From Moraxella nasicaprae (GTDB lineage Bacteria > Pseudomonadota > Gammaproteobacteria > Pseudomonadales > Moraxellaceae): 32,000 nt of DNA. A program made the translations under genes and the position numbers. This document shows, piece by piece, positions 29,591-32,000 of the stretch (position 1 is its first letter; every line of letters starts with the position of its first letter). Below the pieces are notes generated by a model, which had not been told where the DNA came from, did no database searches, and saw only the letters and a list, made by a program, of their open reading frames with translations. The stretch lies in contig NZ_CP089977.1 of NCBI RefSeq assembly GCF_025643275.1, positions 300,001-332,000 of the forward strand, given 5' to 3'.

Positions 29591-29744
29591 GAAGCGTTTT
29601 TCCTTAATAAGAGAATAATTAGTGAAAATGACTGTTTATCGCACAAAAGTTTTTTATTTTTTAAAAAGCAAGGCAAGACAAAAAGCACAGCTGATTGGAT
29701 AAATTTTGCACCTTTTAATGGCATTTAAGATTATCGTGCTTAAC

Positions 29745-29774
29745 TTGGCAACTGGCTATTTTTGTACCTATAAT
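29745..29774 (+). promoter_or_regulatory. near-consensus sigma70-like promoter with no annotated downstream gene
   Basis: TTGGCA (29745-29750), 18-nt spacer, TATAAT (29769-29774), on the + strand. Both neighbouring genes are on the - strand. Confidence 0.35.
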
Positions 29775-30002
29775 GCTCAACAACCGAATAAAAACATCAT
29801 ATTGCATGAAGAAAAGACGATTGTATCATAGATTTATTCAAATCAGGTATCACAAGACAACCATCTGCTGACAAAAAATCAATTTCAGCAAAAAGCCACT
29901 TTTATTCTTTGGTTAAAGAATGAAAAAAATAAGCGATTTTGTCTTGTTAATGCCACTCAAATGCTTTTTTATTGATGGCACAACCCTCACACCACATCAA
30001 TG

Positions 30003-30036
30003 AAAAAAACACCCACCAAAGTGAGTGTTTTTTTGA
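30003..30036 (-). terminator. rho-independent terminator after the outer-membrane efflux gene
   Basis: The - strand reads AAACACTCAC-TTTG-GTGGGTGTTT followed by T7, with one G-U pair. On the + strand the same hairpin has a C-A mismatch but is also followed by T7. Confidence 0.75.
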
Positions 30037-30039
30037 AGA

Positions 30040-31659
30040 TTATCGAGCTGATTGGGTTGGCTGAGCGATATTAGGCACTGGCTCTGGGGCTGGTTGGGCG
30101 ATTTTTGGTTGTTCATCGCTTTCAACCACCTTAGATTCAATGACAATCGGTTCTGACGATTGACTTTGATTTGCCAGATTTGCCGTACGCATTGCGTTTT
30201 TTTGCGTTTCAAATTCAGCAATTTGGTCAGCCGTCAGGCTAGCACCACCACCCAACGCTTGATATAGCTGGACTTGGCTGAGTGCTTTTTGTAGCTCCAA
30301 CTGCAAAATCCCCTGCTGATTGGCAAACAAGGTACGCTCTGCATCAAGCACATTAAGATAATTATCCAAACCTGCACGGAATCTGGCGTGTGCGATATTA
30401 TAGGTTTGTTGATAATTTTTTTGTAGCTTGTATTGCGATTCTAATTGATGACCAAGGGTTGCACGCACAGCCAGCACATCAGCCACTTCTTTAAAGGCGG
30501 TTTGAATTGCCTTTTCATAAGAGACCAAAGCACTCTTTTGAGCGATTTGTGCCATTTCATAATTAGCACGGCGATTGCCTGCGTCAAAAATTGGCAGACT
30601 AATGCTTGGTCCTAATGACCAGCCCAATGCACTACTGCTAATCAAATCACTCAAACTACTACTGCCCAAGCCTACGCTGGTGGACAGCGAGATTGATGGG
30701 AAGTAAGCAGCACGAGCCACATTGATGTTCGCACCAGCCGCTTTTAGAGCGTGTTCTGCTTGAACAATATCAGGACGATAATACAGCAATTCGCTAGGCA
30801 ATCCTGTGCTAAACAGCGTTTGTGTCGTGATGTTGTTCACCGCCATTTCTGGCAAAAGCTGATTTGGCACAGGTGTGCCAAGTAATAACTGCAAGGCATT
30901 GCGAGCTTGCAAGATACCAGTGTCAGCTGAATAGATTGCCAGCTTGGCAGCTTCCAGTGAGCTTTCAGCTTGCAGGCTTGGCGACTTAGAGTCAATGCCT
31001 GCACTAAAACGACGCTGAGTAATCATCAGCGAATGCTCACGAGTTTTTAGCGTTTCAACCGCTAATTGTCTTTGAGCAAGTGCGTAGCTTAGATTGACAT
31101 ACGCCTGCGCCACCGCAGAAATCAAAGAAATCTGCACCGAATCTTTGGCGGCGTTGGTTGCCAAAAAGTTGTGCAATGCCTGTTCTTTTTGACTGGCAAC
31201 CTTACCCCACAAATCAAGCTCATAGCTTGACATGGCAAGATTGACATTGTAGCCTGCCATCGAATTGGCATCGCCTGAACGAGCCGAACGAGTCGCTCCG
31301 CCAGCCAGACCCACTCTTGGTAGGTCGGCTGAATCAGTGATTTGATATTGTGCTTTGGCACTTTGAATGGCAAGCAAGGCTTTTTGTAAATCCTTGTTGT
31401 TTTCCAAAGCCAGCTCAATCAATGATTTTAGCTTAGGGTCAGCATAAAACTCCTGCCAACGCATTGAGGCAACACTGGGTGCCTCAGCAACGCTGATGGT
31501 CTCATTATCAAGCACAGGATAGCTGCTGTCCAAAGCAACATTTGGCACTGCCAAAATTGGCGTACTGGTGTCCAGCTTCTTTGGAATACTGCTGCACGCA
31601 GCCATCGCAAGGCTCAATGCTGATAGCGTCAATGTACGCAACATTTGATTTGTTTTCAT
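30040..31659 (-). CDS. efflux transporter outer membrane factor lipoprotein (NodT/OprM family)
   Basis: 539 aa from the ATG at 31659: MKTNQMLRTLTLSALSLAMAACSS (lipobox L-A-M-A-A-C). It has a two-fold repeat of OEP helices and starts 4 nt after the RND gene stop. The track ORF's 33-aa upstream extension overlaps the RND gene and is rejected. Confidence 0.9.
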   Translation of the reverse strand: MKTNQMLRTLTLSALSLAMAACSSIPKKLDTSTPILAVPNVALDSSYPVLDNETISVAEAPSVASMRWQEFYADPKLKSLIELALENNKDLQKALLAIQSAKAQYQITDSADLPRVGLAGGATRSARSGDANSMAGYNVNLAMSSYELDLWGKVASQKEQALHNFLATNAAKDSVQISLISAVAQAYVNLSYALAQRQLAVETLKTREHSLMITQRRFSAGIDSKSPSLQAESSLEAAKLAIYSADTGILQARNALQLLLGTPVPNQLLPEMAVNNITTQTLFSTGLPSELLYYRPDIVQAEHALKAAGANINVARAAYFPSISLSTSVGLGSSSLSDLISSSALGWSLGPSISLPIFDAGNRRANYEMAQIAQKSALVSYEKAIQTAFKEVADVLAVRATLGHQLESQYKLQKNYQQTYNIAHARFRAGLDNYLNVLDAERTLFANQQGILQLELQKALSQVQLYQALGGGASLTADQIAEFETQKNAMRTANLANQSQSSEPIVIESKVVESDEQPKIAQPAPEPVPNIAQPTQSAR

Positions 31660-31663
31660 TGAA

Positions 31664-32000
31664 TCAGTCCTTATATTGAGCGGTGGCGGTTTTGGTGGTC
31701 GCCTTGTACGGGAAGATGGTACGAATCCACACATAGAACATTGGGATAAAGAATACACCCAGCAAGGTTGCTGAAATTACCCCACCCACAACGCTTGTAC
31801 CAACCGCATTTTGGCTGCCTGAGCCAGCACCTGTCGCCAGATACAATGGCACAACACCCATACCAAAGGCAAGCGATGTCATGATAATCGGACGCAAACG
31901 CATACGAGCCGCCATCATCACAGATTCTTTCAAAGATTTACCAGACTCTTGTAATTCTTTGGCAAACTCAATAATCAAAATGGCGTTCTTGGCAGACAGA
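31664..32000 (-). CDS. RND multidrug efflux permease (AcrB/MexB/AdeJ-like), C-terminal about 111 codons only
   Basis: The reading frame is open to the window edge: ...[52 protein letters not shown]... This is the conserved TM10-12 region of HAE1 pumps. Confidence 0.9.
   Translation of the reverse strand, partial: LSAKNAILIIEFAKELQESGKSLKESVMMAARMRLRPIIMTSLAFGMGVVPLYLATGAGSGSQNAVGTSVVGGVISATLLGVFFIPMFYVWIRTIFPYKATTKTATAQYKD

Noticed and set aside
31660-31758. 33-aa upstream extension of the OMF ORF ([33 protein letters not shown])
   Set aside because: It overlaps the 3' end of the RND permease gene in another frame. The internal ATG gives a textbook lipoprotein signal peptide 4 nt after the RND stop.

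Overview
This window looks like ordinary core chromosome from a gammaproteobacterium. I infer a Moraxellaceae-type organism from the mid-40s % GC, TTG/GCC/CAA-rich codon usage and gene order, but this is not verifiable without a database search. I support 28 protein-coding genes (two truncated by the window edges), one probable pseudogene, about 8 intrinsic terminators and a few candidate promoters.

Gene content, left to right:
- adk (5' end only).
- ccmF-ccmG-ccmH-ccmI (System I cytochrome c maturation, late half only).
- A DUF445-like membrane protein.
- apbC/mrp.
- queA-tgt (queuosine tRNA modification), on the + strand.
- An NSS-family Na+ symporter with its 43-aa small subunit.
- The conserved envelope/lipid supercluster pyrH-frr-uppS-cdsA-dxr-rseP-bamA-lpxD-fabZ-lpxA, on the - strand.
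- A DUF853 (HerA-like) P-loop NTPase divergent from a DUF2939-like anchored protein.
- A Tat-signal M3 zinc peptidase.
- A gamma-glutamylcyclotransferase-like protein.
- The end of an RND efflux operon (RND permease 3' end plus NodT/OprM-type outer membrane lipoprotein).

I found no rRNA, tRNA, CRISPR array, transposase, integrase, phage gene or recognisable defence, toxin or secondary-metabolite module. I do not see convincing evidence for a novel multi-gene system here.

The items worth a second look are lineage-specific edits of the conserved supercluster and some non-coding elements:
- skp is absent, with bamA and lpxD overlapping in TAATG.
- An AT-rich 0.6-kb wedge with a decayed ORF separates uppS and cdsA.
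- An orphan 70-aa lipoprotein gene sits between cdsA and dxr.
- A perfect 18-bp in-frame tandem duplication lies in lpxA.
- The NSS transporter operon has a long, self-complementary leader.
- Two structured or promoter-bearing intergenic spacers have no assigned function.
- The DUF853/DUF2939 pair occupies the position where rpsB-tsf normally sit.

All family calls rest on motif recognition by eye, not on searches.
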